The notes: generated by a model from the sequence alone, not told the origin. 64,000 nt of DNA from Eledone cirrhosa (GCA_964016885.1 OZ024754.1:32054001-32118000), one strand, 5' to 3'. Shown: positions 12,688 to 27,005, counted from the first letter of the stretch. Numbers and translations are program-made.

Positions 12688-14067
12688 CTGAATCAGTGTG
12701 CCAAACTTTCGGTTTTGGTAAATACAATGCAGTGTACTACTTAATTTTTGATGGAAAATAAACTTTTTTTCTTTTTCCTGTTGTTATAATCAGTAACTTT
12801 ATTAATGCCCAAAACATGAGAAAATATCTATATAGATACTTTCTCTTGTATATGGTAAAACACTACTTATAGCAGGGTTTGTTTTTCATTCATAAATTTT
12901 TGTAAATCAAATGCATAAGCTGACCAAGACAGCCTCATGGAATAACCAAATGAGGTATATTTTTCTACATAGTCCCTGGAAAGAAACAATGCTGTTATTA
13001 AGAAGAAGAGTTGAAATTAATGAATGCAAGATTTCGCAGCTCTTCCATGAACTTTTCAGCTGACTCTTGTATACTCATATATCAACTATATTTTAAGTTG
13101 TATGTATGTATCCATCCATCTGATAATGGGAATGAGTTTGTTGTTTTAGATTTATGAGTTTCCAGTTCTTTTATTTATGGCATGAATTGATAGTAAATTG
13201 GCAGAGTCATTAGGGCATGAATATTCATTAGGACCATGGTTCCAGCTCACTGAGTTCAAATACTACTGAGATAACTTTGCCTTTCATCATTCTAGAGTCG
13301 ATTAATTAACAGTTCAGGGGCGTTAGATTGGCAGGTTTGTTAAAACACTCAGACAGGATTCTTTGTAGTATTTGATCTAACTCTGTGCATTCTGAGTTCA
13401 AATCCCGCCTGTTTCTGCCAGTTGTTGTGACCACAGATAGTATCAGCAATGGAAATACTAATGAAAACATTGTTAACTTGGTCCGGCATGATAATTGGTT
13501 CCTTTCCTTTTTAAAATATAAATTTGCAAGTTTCATTGTAACCTTAACACTCTCATTACCATATTTCTAATGAAAAACACTGCCTATGATCTTTTAAAAA
13601 ATTTTTTCAAATCAAGAATTCTATAGGATTTAGTAATATAACTAACTTTTTCTTTATTCCTCTGGTGTTTGGAACATAACTAAACAAAGATTCTTACATA
13701 AAATTATGATGGAAGGGTTTTAGATAAATATAAACACTTTAAAACAAACAGCTTTGTATTGTAGAAGGTGAGATTGTTTCAGGTAGTTTGGAAAGAAAAG
13801 GATTAAACTTAGAGATGGTAATATAATTCTTGAGTCATCACCATCATGAGTGTTTTAACCCTTTTGTTACAATATCTCTAATGAAATATACTGTGTCTAT
13901 GTTTTACCTCGTATCTGTCAATTCTACCAACACCTCGTATCTGCTGATTCTTCCAACACCCCATGCTACTAACATCTCCTCCTCCATGTCAGCTGTTGTA
14001 TTCTAACTTTAGAGGAAATATATTTAATTAAGAAATAACCATTGTTTGAATGAAAGCAATGTAGATA

Positions 14068-14210
14068 ATAATTGTTTCTACTTTAGGCACAAGGCCAGCA
14101 ATTACCTCAGTGCATTACTGGTACTTTATTTTATCGACCCCGTAAGGATGAAAGGCAAAGTCAACCTCGGCGGGATTTGAACTCAGATCGTAAAGGGACG
14201 TAACTATGCA
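14068..14210 (-). mobile_element. SINE family 1, 5'-truncated
   Basis: Near-identical to 42318-42455. Confidence 0.85.
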
Positions 14211-14470
14211 TAATGTTATCCGCTATCTGAATAAACAGATGGTGTTTGCTTTGATTGAACAAAAAATTTGTTCACCAACTAGAACAACCATAGCAATTTC
14301 AGTAAAAGTAGCAAAAATTCTCTACAGTTCCATTCATCCATGGACACTTAACTCTTGATGGAGTTGTAAGGGACGTTGTCATGACTTACAGAGTGTCTTA
14401 GATATTTAAATCTGGTAGTGTCCTTACCTCACCACAACTGATTTCTTCCAAAGAGTGAAAGAAAGAGATA

Positions 14471-14800
14471 GAGGCACATGGCTTAGTGGTTAGAGCATTG
14501 GGCTTGCAATTGTAAGGTTGTGAGTTCAATTATCGAACCGGGTGATGCGTTGTTTCCTTGAGCAAGACACTTTATTTCACGTTGCTCCAGTTTACTCAGC
14601 TGTAGAAATGAGTTGCGATGTCACTGGTGTCAAGGCTGTATCGGCGATTCCCTTCCCCTTGGACAACATTGGTGGCATGGAGAGGGGATGCTGGTATGCA
14701 TGGGCGACTGCTGGTCTTCCACAAACAACCTTGCCCGGACTTGTGCCTCGGAGGGAAATTTTCTAGGTGCAAATCTCATGGTCATTTGTGATGGAAGAGG
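14471..14800 (+). mobile_element. tRNA-derived CORE-type SINE, near full length
   Basis: A box tggcttagtggtt, B box gagttcaatt, ccttgagcaagacactttatttcacgttgctccagtttactcagctg. Confidence 0.85.
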
Positions 14801-14854
14801 GTCTGAAGGAAGAGATAGAGAGATAGATAGGAAGATTGTTTTTGTAATGAAATA

Positions 14855-15070
14855 GTGAGGATGCTCAGGACTGGATATTATAGCCAAGTGCATTTTTTCC
14901 AGGGGTGGCTTACATGTTGCCAGAACATGTCCCAATAATTCATAATCTCCACACTGATGACACTCACAAGTCTTGCTCCACTCCCACCGTCTGGGGATGG
15001 GAGCACAGCATACATTGCTCTCAGGAGGAATTGTAATCTGATTGGTTCTGATTTCCATAATATCAGAGGA
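14855..15070 (-). mobile_element. Fragment of RLE-type non-LTR retrotransposon, HERO-like (pre-endonuclease CCHC region)
   Basis: Across frameshifts: LWKSEPIRLQFLLRAMYAVLPSP / RW..CHQCG..LGHVLATC / CTW...VLSIL. Confidence 0.7.
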
Positions 15071-15434
15071 AGGGCTGGAGAACATGAAGAGGGAAGTGAA
15101 ATGGGAGGAGACTGACCAATAGTTTGACACGTGGAAATGTGTAGATCGATAACTGAGGTGGTATAGATCAGCCTTAGATTTCCTAATCACTGCTGTATAT
15201 ATATATATATATATAAGACACAAACAGCCAATGTCTTTAGAATGAGACACCATTACTGTAAGAATAACTAGAACTCCAACTGATCTTCTCTGCCACAACC
15301 ACCACTACCATCAGCATCATCATCATCATCATCATCATCACCATCATTAACAAGAAGAAAAAGAAGAAAGAAAGGAAAACCGTTAATCTGTGATTCTTGA
15401 AAACTAATAAAACACTTCTCTAGAAGACATTTGC

Positions 15435-15590
15435 TATAAGGTAAGGGTTAATTAATAGTTTGTCTTAAATGATATTTAGAGATCCAGGTAGGGTCATTGG
15501 CCAATGAAAATAAAAACACATGCACTATTTACAGTTTGCTCTTCTTTATTTTTCCTTCATGTCCAGAAAATACTTTATACTTAGTATGCT
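15435..15590 (+). repeat. Local duplication with 17750-17868
   Basis: aaggtaagggttaattaatagtttgtcttaaatgatatttaga...ttggccaatgaaaata...tccagaaaata shared. Confidence 0.85.
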
Positions 15591-16964
15591 CATGATGAAA
15601 GTCTTTACAGCCATCACCACCCTGTCTTCCACTCAGGAACTGTGTAACTACATTATTAAACATCTTGCTCGATTTTCTCAAGAGTAGAGTGCAATTTAAA
15701 GCATGTTTGGCTGCTATTTTCAAAAAATTGAACACATCTGTCGAGCCACTCCACCCTGTTGGGCTCCTTCCTCAGATGGACTGTTGTCATTCCGATTTTA
15801 TGGAGGAGGTCAGCTGTAGGGGGTCCTAGCATGCCTGAGGTCTCGATGGTGACCAGTTACCAAGGAATCGAAGCAGTGATATCTGTTCTGATAACTTATT
15901 TAAACACCAACACAGTGGTGGACTGGTCATACAGGCATTTGGACATATGGATGGTTAAAAAAAGAAAAAAATACCATGACAACTTAAGTTGTAGCTGTGG
16001 CACAAATATTGACACGAAAATGGAATGCACCTTAGGTTTTAGGTTTTCTCTATTTTCTTGGATAAGCCACATATTAATGTACAATGGGCCAGCCTGATAG
16101 GTGACGATGATCAGGTCAATTTTGACTTGATAATCTTTTCCTAATGATAATCTCCTTAATCTCTTTTTTAGATGTAGATTGATAATCTTTAATTGACATT
16201 CTGAAAGATATCCTCTTCGAAATGCATAATACTTTTTTTTTTTTTCTTCTTTTTAATCTTAACTTTTCACACATCTTTCGACGTAAATATTATGTAAGTG
16301 AAATTCTCATCCTTGAAAAAAATAATCTGACACAAAATAATATATAATTTTCTCTTCATACTTTCTGAGTAAATCATTCATCAAATTTAATGGTTAGCAA
16401 ATAAGATTGGAGTTATCTTTTCCTTTACAATTGAGCCAACATAGACACGATAACTTGTATGATAAATTATACAACTTCGCTAAATCAACAATATTCTGAA
16501 AACATTTTCAATGTTGGAACAAAATATTTGAATCTACAAATTGTTCTCCTCTTACAACTTGAACTACGTCTTTTCTTAATTTTTTAAGTAAAATTTTTTA
16601 ATGTAAAATGTAAAATCAACATCCTTCGTAACTCATATGAGAAATATAAACAATTAATAATTGTGGTTTATTTCTATAAAATCACCAATAATACTTATAC
16701 TTGCACAATTATTAATCTATATAGATATTTATATACTTACAACCTGTTGTAATGTAATAAGATAAAATGTACTTACAACCATAATTCTTCATATAATCTA
16801 TACAATATTATAACTCATAATATAGCTAAATAATTTTTTTTAAATTCTGGAATCATATTCCACAATTCCCACAAACTGTTAATTCTTTTTAAATACAAGC
16901 TCTTCTTTCTTTCTCTTTCTTCCTCCTACACATACATATGTCCTAATAATTATTTAAATCTACC

Positions 16965-17345
16965 TAGCGTCTAAAAATAACGTTTTTTATCAGCCCTATA
17001 CCTCAACCTCATTTGCATACTCATCTTAATAATTTGAAATATTTGACTTTTCTTCTCTTTCCCTTCTTTCCTTTACTATCCAGGAAAAACTTGAACCGCT
17101 AAGATCGTCTTCCTGGATATGTCAATATTTATAAAACAAACTTTGTATTTTATCTGATGAGAGCGTACCAAAGTTTTGGTACCCTTGAAATATATATAAT
17201 AGAATAAATATGGTTTTATCAATATAGTTTCCATTTATTTAATATCATTGAATATTATACTCCAGAAAACTGTCGAGTGCTTTGAATCAGTTATAAACAT
17301 TTATATTTGTTGAATTACCAACAAATTAAATATCCCTTTTGCTTA
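16965..17345 (+). mobile_element. Family A ribozyme element (octamer, hairpin, hammerhead, tail to TA tract)
   Basis: Colinear with 3636-3905 and 37092-37290. Confidence 0.8.
17146..17206 (+). ncRNA. Minimal hammerhead ribozyme, family A
   Basis: tattttat-CTGATGA-stem II gtaccaaa/tttggtac-GAAA-tatatata-atagaata. Confidence 0.87.
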
Positions 17346-17412
17346 TATATATATATTTCGTTTCTGAATTTGTTTAGCAAGATTCTTTATCTGAAAACGT
17401 GTGTTGAAACCG

Positions 17413-17586
17413 ATATTGTTATACTTTGGGAGGGTCGTGTTGCCAATAAGAAACACACGCACCAGTTGCTTTCACTTCAATTTATTATAAATTAAATTTA
17501 TAAATTTATTATAATAAATTGAAGTGAAAGCAACTGGTGCGTGTGTTTCTTATTCGCAACATGACCCTCCCAAAGTATAACAATAT
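17413..17586. repeat. Foldback palindrome (about 80-bp arms) related to the 43715-44273 family
   Basis: Arms are reverse complements; shares tattgttatactt.gggagggtc terminus. Confidence 0.88.
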
Positions 17587-17879
17587 ATATATATATAATA
17601 GTTGAAACAGAAAACAAAAAAACAACAACAACAACGAGGAAGCGAAGAAGCAGTACAAAATGTATGTATGTATGTATTGCAAAATAACAGTAAAACCTTC
17701 TATGTGTTACAGGTGGAAAACCCCAACCAAGCCAAAACAATTAGTGGAAAAGGTAAGGGTTAATTAATAGTTTGTCTTAAATGATATTTAGATTGGCCAA
17801 TGAAAATAGAAACACGTACTATTTACAGTCTGCTCTTTTCGTCCAGAAAATATTCTTTACTTAGTAGACTCCCCAAATG

Positions 17880-18530
17880 TCCGTTCATGACTCTTTAAGT
17901 GGCTTTTGTAAAAAGTCCAGCTGCAGATTTGTGACAAACAAAAGATATACCCTCTATGGGAATGATTGGGTCAGTTTGAGGGATATCGTATTTATGTACT
18001 CTCATATGCCTTTTAAGACCAGAAATTGATTTTCAGATTTTTCTGTACATGTTGTCTCACCAAGTATTGGCGGGATAATGCTGCATACAGTTTGTCTTAC
18101 CTGTGATTTTATATGAGTAATGTACCCAGATTTAGAGAGCATGAGACGACCACACGCTTCGCATCTCCAGCTCCCTATGTTTTTATTGAGGTTTATACTG
18201 TGGCCTATTCGAAGCTGACGCTCAGTCTTTCATGGTCGAGACGTCTATCTGCAAACATTCTGCAACCTTCCTTCACACATCCTCTCCATTCAACCCTCTT
18301 TAAAGTTAGCACTTCCCAGTTCTGAACTTCAATCTGTAGATCCTTACGATTGTTTTTCATGCAGTATTTGTATGTTTTTCTTGGTTTCTGCTGAGGGAGT
18401 TCCCTTGTGTGCAATTTAGCTGTAAAATAGTTATTTTGGGGAGTCTATCATCATTCATACGTACAACGTGACCTGCCCAACGCTTTTCAGAGGATATGAT
18501 GGCAGATTCAAGGTTTGTGCATCCAGCATC
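17880..18530 (-). mobile_element. RTE-clade LINE 3' fragment with C-terminal zinc fingers
   Basis: RWAGHVVRMNDDRLPK, RKTYKYCMKNN..NWEVLTLKRVEWR, then KSISGLKRHMRVH. Confidence 0.85.
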
Positions 18531-18534
18531 TATG

Positions 18535-20008
18535 CGGATTTGTGCGTCTGTCGGAAATCTCTCCTCCCACATCCACGATACAAATCATGCCTTTAGACTC
18601 TTCGACTCTTTCTCCTTCCCTCCTGGTCCATCCTGCCTTCTCTTTACCCTGGACATCACCTCTCTCTATACCGTCATCCCTCATGATGCCGGCCTCCGCG
18701 CTCGCCAGCATTTTTTAGATTTACGCCCTACCTCTTACCCCAGCACTACCACTCTTCTCTGTCTGGCTGAGCTTGTTCTCACCCTTTAATGGATTTTCTT
18801 TTTCGGGTGAATTTTGCCAGCAGGCCTCTGGGGTAGCGATAGGAACCAGAATGGGTCCAAACTATGCTAACTTGTTTGTTGGCTACGTCGAAGCCCAGAA
18901 CTTCTCCCAGTACGCTGGACCGACTCCTGAGCTATACGGTCATTATATCGACGACTGTATCGGTGCCACCTCTCTATCACGAGAACAGCTCGACTGTTTT
19001 CTTTCTTTTGTCCAATCTTTCCATTCTGTTCTCAATTTCACCGTCTCCGTCTCCGATTCTTCTGTCGCTTTTCTAGATATCTCTCTATCTATTAATCACT
19101 CTCACCACACCCTCTCTACTTCCATCTTCATTAAACCAACAGACTCCCAATCTTATCTCGACTTCACCTCCTCCCATCCAACCCACACCAAACACTCCAT
19201 TCCCTATTCCCAATTCCTCCGTCTTCGTCGACTCTGTAACCAGGACGACGATTTCGAAACCCGTTCCCTTCGCATGGCTTCCTGCTTCATCTAGCGTGGA
19301 TATCCCCCCACCTTGATCCAAGCTGCTCTCACCCGCGCCCGTGAAACAAACCGCACCACAGCCCTCTCACCTCACCCTCGCCCTCCCAACACCCGTGTTC
19401 CTTTCCCTCTCACCTACCACCCCATCACCCTACCACTCTGGCGACATATCTTCCATTCCTTCCGTATCCTCTCTTCTGAGCCCGTCACTTCTCACTTTTT
19501 TCCAAACCCACCCATTACTGCTTTTAAGCATGTCCGCAACCTCCGCGACCTCCTGGTTCGCAGTTCCCTTTCGTGCTCTCCCACGACTCCACCCGGCTCT
19601 TATCCTTGTTCCCGTTCCCGCTCCAACACTTGTCCCTTTATTTGCACCCTCACCCCTCTTACAGGCCCTAACGGGTCTTATCGTATCCGCCATTCCTTCA
19701 CCTGCACATCCACCCACGTTGTCTATGCCCTCCGGTGTTCCATTTGCTGCTCTTTATATATCGGACAAACGGGACGCCGTACGGCGGACTGTTTTGCCGA
19801 ACATTTGAGGGACATACGACTTGCTTTGGATACTCCTGTCGCCCGTCATTTCTGTTCTCCTGGTCATTCTTCCCTACATGTTTCAGTCCTGGGTGTCCTT
19901 TTACATCATGGATCACAGGCCTCGCGCACCGGGACTGAACAAAGTCTGATTCACCGCCTTGGGTCCTATTCCCCTTTTGGATTCAACTCACCTCCCCAAT
20001 TTGTCTAA
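18535..20008 (+). mobile_element. 5'-truncated Penelope-like element, Neptune-type RT + GIY-YIG, pseudogenised
   Basis: TLDITSLYT, QASGVAIGTRMGPNYANLF, YIDD, FLDI, KPTD, IPYSQFLRLRR, Cys linker, VVY..C..C..YIGQT; frameshift near 18786, stop at 19292. Confidence 0.93.
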
Positions 20009-20429
20009 TACTCCGTCCATTATCACACCCCTAGATTCATATCGCTTTCTTTTCATCATTAACAGCTTCTCTTACAACTAATACATGCCGATAAATACCC
20101 TTATATTAACATACTTTTGCTCATAGCTTCGTACTTACATGCACACACACTCTTTTACTCACATATACACACACATTTCTTCCTAGCTTCGTACGGACCT
20201 ATAATAACACACACATACACACACACGCACACACACACACACACAAACATATGCTTACGCACGTGCTCAAGTATAGCTCTTTTTACAAAACGGTTTTTTT
20301 TCCCATTTCAGGTAGACGCCTGCCATCATCCACTTTGCTAAAAAACAAATCATACACAAAACGCCAGCACCAACAGTTTTGCAAGAGATGTCAACATGAA
20401 TGGACCTGTTATTTATATCTAAAGACATT

Positions 20430-20590
20430 TTTTCCGATTCCATCCCGCCCGTCCCCTCAATCTATTTTATTTCTCATTCTTTCTTCTGATGGAGGACTAG
20501 CGTCCCTCTTCCTGCTATATCAAGAATTAACCTAATATATACCTGCTATATACTGTACCGATTGTGTTGTTATTTCTGTTTACCTTTTAC
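20430..20590 (+). mobile_element. Probable pseudo-LTR of the Neptune element with internally deleted hammerhead
   Basis: Matches 63060-63245 but lacks the GAAA/stem III segment after ggactagcgtcc; tail also at 57240-57292. Confidence 0.7.
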
Positions 20591-21701
20591 ACACACACAC
20601 ACATATATATATATATAAGCAAGCGTAGAAGTATTGTGTTGCGTCGGAAAATTGTGTAAATCAAATTAGATAATACAATCAAATAATTTCCCATCTTCAG
20701 CCATCCATTCTGAGCATGGATATTCAAGGATATCAGCATATGACAGTTATCAAAGGAAATCCGAATTTTTGGTATTTAGGTTGTTGACTTCTAATGCTCA
20801 GATAATTTTCCCAGCCACCGAGAACAGTGAGTAGAGACGAGCCAAATTAGATCCGTCAATGAAAAACAAACGAAATGGTTTTCCAAAGCAGAACAGAAGA
20901 GGGCCACAGTTGAATGATAATCCGGTAGAACTCGCCAGATTGGACCAAGGAAAGGATGTTTCCTTTGGTCTTTCCAATTGCTGATATTATCTACCAGTCA
21001 CAACTCCTGGTAGAATGAGCAACGAGAAATAAAGGGTATTGCTCAAGGACAGAACACATCGCCCGTCCCGGGAATCAAACACACGACCGATTGTGAATTT
21101 AACTCTCTAACCACTAAGCTACGCGCCTTCACAAACAACTGTTTGCCATAGTTGAATAAGGTACTCAATACATTAGTAGAGAAGGTACATATTTACATAT
21201 TTATTTCATATAGAATTGACTTCTACAGGACAATAAGTGTTTCACTCATTTGAAGTCACACGGTTTCTTTCGTTTGATCTAATAATCAGCTCCTTTTTTT
21301 TTAATCGTTGTTGTTATTGCTGCTGCTGTTGCTGTTGTTGCTGCTATTGTTGTTATCCTATTTTCAGATCGGGAATATATGTCCACATCCAGAAGAATGA
21401 AAGTGAAAATTCTTACAGTCCTATTTGCCTCAGTAGTTTACATGATAGCAACTACCAAAGCAATTTACCTGTCAGAATTTGATAAATGTAACAATGACTG
21501 TTATATTTGTTTTAGCGACGATGTAAGAAACTTCAACATCTTTCAATAATACTTTTAAAAAATTATCTTTTTGTTTTTCTTACTAAAATTGCTTTTTAAT
21601 TGCTGTATGCTCTGTTGTTGTTGGTGGAGCAGATCTATGATCAACGGCCACGACTATCCCGTCCTTTTCTCGAGATTTACGTATCTAGAAATACCTTATT
21701 T

Positions 21702-21885
21702 ATAATTGTTTCTACTTTTGGCACAAGGCCAGCAATTATCTCAGTGTATTACTGGTACTTTATTTTATCAACTCCGTAAGGAGCAAAAGCAAAGTTAACC
21801 TCGGCGGATTTGAACTCAGAACGCAAAGAGCCATAACTCTATGCTGCAAAGCATGGTGTCTGACGCTCTACCGATACTGCTAAAG
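21702..21885 (-). mobile_element. SINE family 1
   Basis: Same A/B boxes and central domain as 4288-4470. Confidence 0.8.
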
Positions 21886-23822
21886 CACTGCCCTATATTA
21901 CTTATAATGTCCCTCCTTTTTGAATACAGTAGGCTGAGATTTCAGAGAAATATTGCTGAGATTTCTAGCACCTTGAGTGACTTCCTACAGGCTCTTCTGT
22001 CAGTGGGGTCTCTTGGAACCCAATTTTGGAAAGACTGCTCTAGAATTCTAAAATAAATATGTCACCATTCCTGGTACCGAAATCAATATCAGGGTGAATA
22101 GAAAGAAGTCTATTTTGTGGTTTTTGATTTAGGCACAAAGCCAACAATTTTTTGGGGGGAAAGGGAAAGCCGATTAAATTTACTTTATTGACCCTGTAAG
22201 GATGAGAGGCAAAGCTAATCTCGACTATATGCCGCTAAGAATATTGTCCGACACTCTACCGATGCTTCTGCTAATCTGTATTATAAAAGAAGAGTTGTTT
22301 CTCCGCCACACATATTCATGCTTATATTTAGAGGTAATAAAGAAGTGGTGTTTGCAGTAGAAGCACAAATAAGCAAAATCTACAGTGCTGTCATCTGGTG
22401 GTTACCGTGGTTTCTTACATTGCATTGCGTGCAATTGTGGGTGCACACTCTCTGCTGGATCTCAAATTTGATGTGTGCTACGGGTGGGGGCGAATGTTTA
22501 TCTTACACAGGGTACTTACTAGGATATTTCTAAAGATGGCTGACTAACAACTAAACGTGGTTTCTTTTCCCTTTATCCCTTCTTTGTTTTCCCTTTCTTT
22601 CTCGTCTCTCGAAACGTTAAGACATTTTCTACAACTTCTTATAAGCGTTATACAAATATATAATCATTTTGTTCTCTTTTTTTCTTTTTCGTGTTATTGA
22701 CTTATCTAATACCCAGGGCAGTGAGTTGCTCGAACGTTGGGTAGAATTCTTTACAGGATGCATTGTCGTTCTCTGCGCTCTGAGTTAAAATCCTGCCAAA
22801 GTCAACTTTGTCCTTTTCATCTTTAGAAGTTGATAAATAAAGTACCTTTCCGGTACGGGGAATGGGGTCATTCTTTCCGCTCCCCCTCCCTTTCTTTCTC
22901 GACTTCATTCAAGCTTGGTGAAAGCGGAAGGGTGGCGTGTTCCCCCAGATATAAAATCACTACGTCACCCTTACCACTCCATCAGTAGTTAAGGACCCAC
23001 AGCATACCATATAATATTTATGTATATAACATTACATAATGTGTTTTATATCTGTGTTGTTTTTATTCTAATTACAGCCCAACAGATTTGTGAAATGTGC
23101 AAAGAATGTCTGTTCTTCGACGGCAAGAAGGATGTATTTCTATATGGTTCCAAGATGTGATATTGATATTTCGCCAGATAATATACTAAAAGATTATGTA
23201 ATAAAAAACTCTCATTTTCAATTTTAGATTTGCTTAGGTCTTTGTTCAATATCTATGCACGCATACGGGCATAGTGTGTGCACACGTGTATGTACGTGCG
23301 TGTGGAAATGCGTGGATAGGGTGTTCGACTCACGATCGTGATGCCATAAGTGCAATACCCGATTGCGTGTTGTATCCCGGAGGAAGACAATTTATCTCAT
23401 GTTGCTCCTGTATATTCAACTGGAAACAAATAGTTGCACCCGTGAGTCAAAGGGCCAGGCTAGTAACACACTGTCTCGCTAAACTTCCCTGAGAATTAAA
23501 TGATAGGTACACGTGTTTGTGGATTGCTTACCCACCTACACGTTAATTTCACAATTAGGCTGTTCCTTTGGTCTAACAACTGGAACGCTCAACGTAGGAA
23601 CTGACGGAGGTCCTAGCGCTTGTGTAGGTATGTGTGTGTGTGTATGAGTGGACGTGGATATGTGTGCGTGTGTGCATATATATATATCTGTGTAAGCAAA
23701 GAAGTCGTTTGTGTGTGAACAACTTCATATACTTGTTTCACCTAACCTCCACACATATATATACACACACATTTTATCTGAACTTTAATCTACTGGGTTC
23801 TCTACTTATTAATGTAATAAGC

Positions 23823-23909
<87 letters not shown>

Positions 23910-23914
<5 letters not shown>

Positions 23915-23968
23915 GTCCCTCATCAGTGATTTGCCAACCATTGGCAAATCACTAATGAGGGACTAATT
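23910..23968. repeat. Short palindrome carrying CTGATGAggga half-core next to a TA tract
   Basis: attagtccctcatcagtgatttgccaa-cca-ttggcaaatcactaatgagggactaat. Confidence 0.85.
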
Positions 23969-24015
23969 TTATATGTAATCCATGTGCAACAATGCAGTAT
24001 TCTTCTCCCCTTGTT

Positions 24016-24056
<41 letters not shown>

Positions 24057-24087
24057 TATATAAAATTATATATATATATATATATAT

Positions 24088-24174
<87 letters not shown>

Positions 24175-24230
24175 AGTAAAATGACAAGAGGCCAAATATG
24201 TTGAATTTCCTTAATTATTTATTTCTACAA

Positions 24231-24288
24231 ACACTATGCACATTTCAGTGGACAGGTTGCGTAAGAACCCGGTGACATCTTCAGGTGT
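24231..24288 (-). ncRNA. Minimal hammerhead ribozyme, family K
   Basis: acac-CTGAAGA-tgtcaccgggtt..aacctgtccact-GAAA-tgtgcata-gtgt. Confidence 0.8.
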
Positions 24289-24418
24289 AAATTGCGTAAT
24301 AGATGTATACCAACAGAATGATGGTAAACCCATTCCAAGAGGCTTTAGGGAAGCAAACAAAGAAAAAAAACAGAAGAAAAAAAAGTGTGTTTATGTTTTT
24401 GACCGAGAGACAAAGGAG

Positions 24419-24548
24419 GCAGCATGTTGTTATAGCAGCGTGTTGTTATAGCAGCGTGTTGTTATAGCAGCGTGTTGTTATAGCAGCGTGTTGTTATAGC
24501 AGCGTGTTGTTATAGCAGCATGTTGTTATAGCAGCATGTTGTTATAGC
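24419..24548. repeat. 16-bp minisatellite, about 8 copies
   Basis: gcagcgtgttgttata unit. Confidence 0.92.
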
Positions 24549-24650
24549 GCGCAGTCATCTTTGACACACTATATATATATTTGCTGAGAAACCTCTATTG
24601 CATAAGGTTCTATTATAGTACAGGTTTGAAGAAAAGTTATACCGCCACCC

Positions 24651-24721
<71 letters not shown>

Positions 24722-24724
<3 letters not shown>

Positions 24725-24909
24725 GAAATGACTTCTACAGGACTAGAACTATTTCATTCTGAGGAACTCATCAGGGGCTTTCATAATGATTTCCTCCGAA
24801 TGAAACAGTTCTAGTCCTGTAGAAGCCATTTCTATATTAAATATTTATTCTCTGCTATGCATTGAGTGCCTTATCTACTGTGGTTACTCCCGATGGAACC
24901 CGGGATAAA

Positions 24910-24912
<3 letters not shown>
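24722..24912. mobile_element. Family C foldback: two degenerate hammerheads back to back plus tail
   Basis: 24729-24779 (-) has CTGATGA..GAAA; 24775-24829 (+) has mutated core; tail matches 36841-36962 and 63345-63430. Confidence 0.8.
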
Positions 24913-24977
<65 letters not shown>

Positions 24978-24981
<4 letters not shown>

Positions 24982-25490
24982 TAAATTTAGTCCTTCATCA
25001 GTGATCTTCCAGCCTTCATTGGTATTTCATCGCTTTAAAGTCCATATACCTCTGGTTGGTGCGAGCAACGGCTAAAGAAAGTCGCTGGGACACGTAAATA
25101 GGGGGAACGAGCGAGACAGTAAACAAACAAAGATAGTAATGCAACGAAAAGTGAGGAAGAAGGAGTCAAGTCCCTGAAATCGATGAACATAAGTTCTGTG
25201 AAATCGTAGACGAGAGAATAAAGACCATCAAACCTGGTCGAAATGTGAGCGAGGAAAGAATTTCGCACAGGTCAAACGGGAGGAAGTGATGGAGAGGGAG
25301 TAGCAGAGAGTGAGTGAGTGAAAGTGTGAGGAAGAGGCTAACAGAGAGAGTGACTGGCAGAGGGGGTAAAAAGAAAGTGAGAGATACAGAGAAAGGGGAA
25401 GCAGTAAGAAAGAAACAAACGGGTCACAGCCGAGGAAAATATATAAATATATGAAAAAATGGCGTGCTGCGTATTTTAAATTGAGTGGCA
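24978..25490 (-). mobile_element. Family D non-coding element (related: 42770-43330, 43330-43465, 55848-56043)
   Basis: 55848-56043 nearly identical; gctgtgacccgt and agaacttatgttca shared with 42770-43330; ends caCTGATGAagga near TA. Confidence 0.7.
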
Positions 25491-25804
25491 CTACTTTCAG
25501 TGTTTAGCAATTTTTAGACAACTCTATCAGTGAAACAATTGTTAGACTGTAAATAAATAAATAAATATATATATATATATGTGTGTGGCTGAGTGGTTAG
25601 AGAATTGGATTCGCAATCGTAAGGTTGTGAGTTCGATTCCTGGACCAGGCGATGCGTTATGTCCTTGAGCAAGACACTTTATTTCACGTTGCTCCTTCTA
25701 CCTGGAGTTGCGACCGATAGATAGTATTAGCAATTGGAAAGACCAACGGAAACATTGTTTCCACGGTCCGATTTGACGAAAGTCGATCGATTGGAATATA
25801 TATA

Positions 25805-25874
<70 letters not shown>

Positions 25875-26039
25875 TATACATATATTAATATATATTAATA
25901 TATATATATTAATTTTATTTATTTAATTATATAATAAACAGCACATAATTATTCCATTGTGTTGTTTATTATGTAATAATAGCTCTGTACTAAACATAGA
26001 GCACTCTTCTTTCCTTTACCTTTTCTACGGAAATACTTA

Positions 26040-26110
<71 letters not shown>

Positions 26111-26191
26111 TGTATATATAAATATATATATATATGTATATATACAAATGTATATACATATATATAAATACATACACACACACACACACAC

Positions 26192-26253
<62 letters not shown>

Positions 26254-26524
26254 GCTTGCACATATATACTCGCACACATATATATATATTTTTTTTAATG
26301 AATGTGAAATAACAGTAAGTGTTCCATATGTTAAAGGTCAAACGTCAAAGAGGGATGAAAGGATAACTAGAGATGTGATGCCAGAAACTGAGACAACCAG
26401 ATGGCAGGGTGGAAGAGCAGACCCCATAAGAATGCGCATGCGTGCTGTCAAAGAAGTTAAATTAATAAATTTATTTTTTGATTTTGCAATTTGCTCATCG
26501 TTTTCGTTCTTTTAATTTACTTTC

Positions 26525-26538
26525 GTATGTATGTAATG

Positions 26539-26569
<31 letters not shown>

Positions 26570-26641
26570 TGTATGTATGTATGTATGTATGTATGTAATG
26601 TATGTATGTATGTATGTATGTAATGTATGTATGTATGTATG

Positions 26642-26672
<31 letters not shown>

Positions 26673-26719
26673 TGTATGTATGTATGTATGTAATTTATGT
26701 ATGTATGTATGTATGTATG

Positions 26720-26750
<31 letters not shown>

Positions 26751-26772
26751 TTTATGTATGTATGTATGTATG

Positions 26773-26803
<31 letters not shown>

Positions 26804-26845
26804 TTTATGTATGTATGTATGTATGTATGTATGTATGTATGTATG

Positions 26846-26876
<31 letters not shown>

Positions 26877-26919
26877 TTTATGTATGTATGTAATGTATGT
26901 ATGTATGTATGTATGTATG

Positions 26920-26950
<31 letters not shown>

Positions 26951-26964
26951 TTTATGTATGTATG

Positions 26965-26995
<31 letters not shown>

Positions 26996-27005
26996 TTTAT
27001 GTATG

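Noticed and set aside
16200-16960. Possible decayed PLE coding sequence before the family A element
   Set aside because: No recognisable motif in the frames I read
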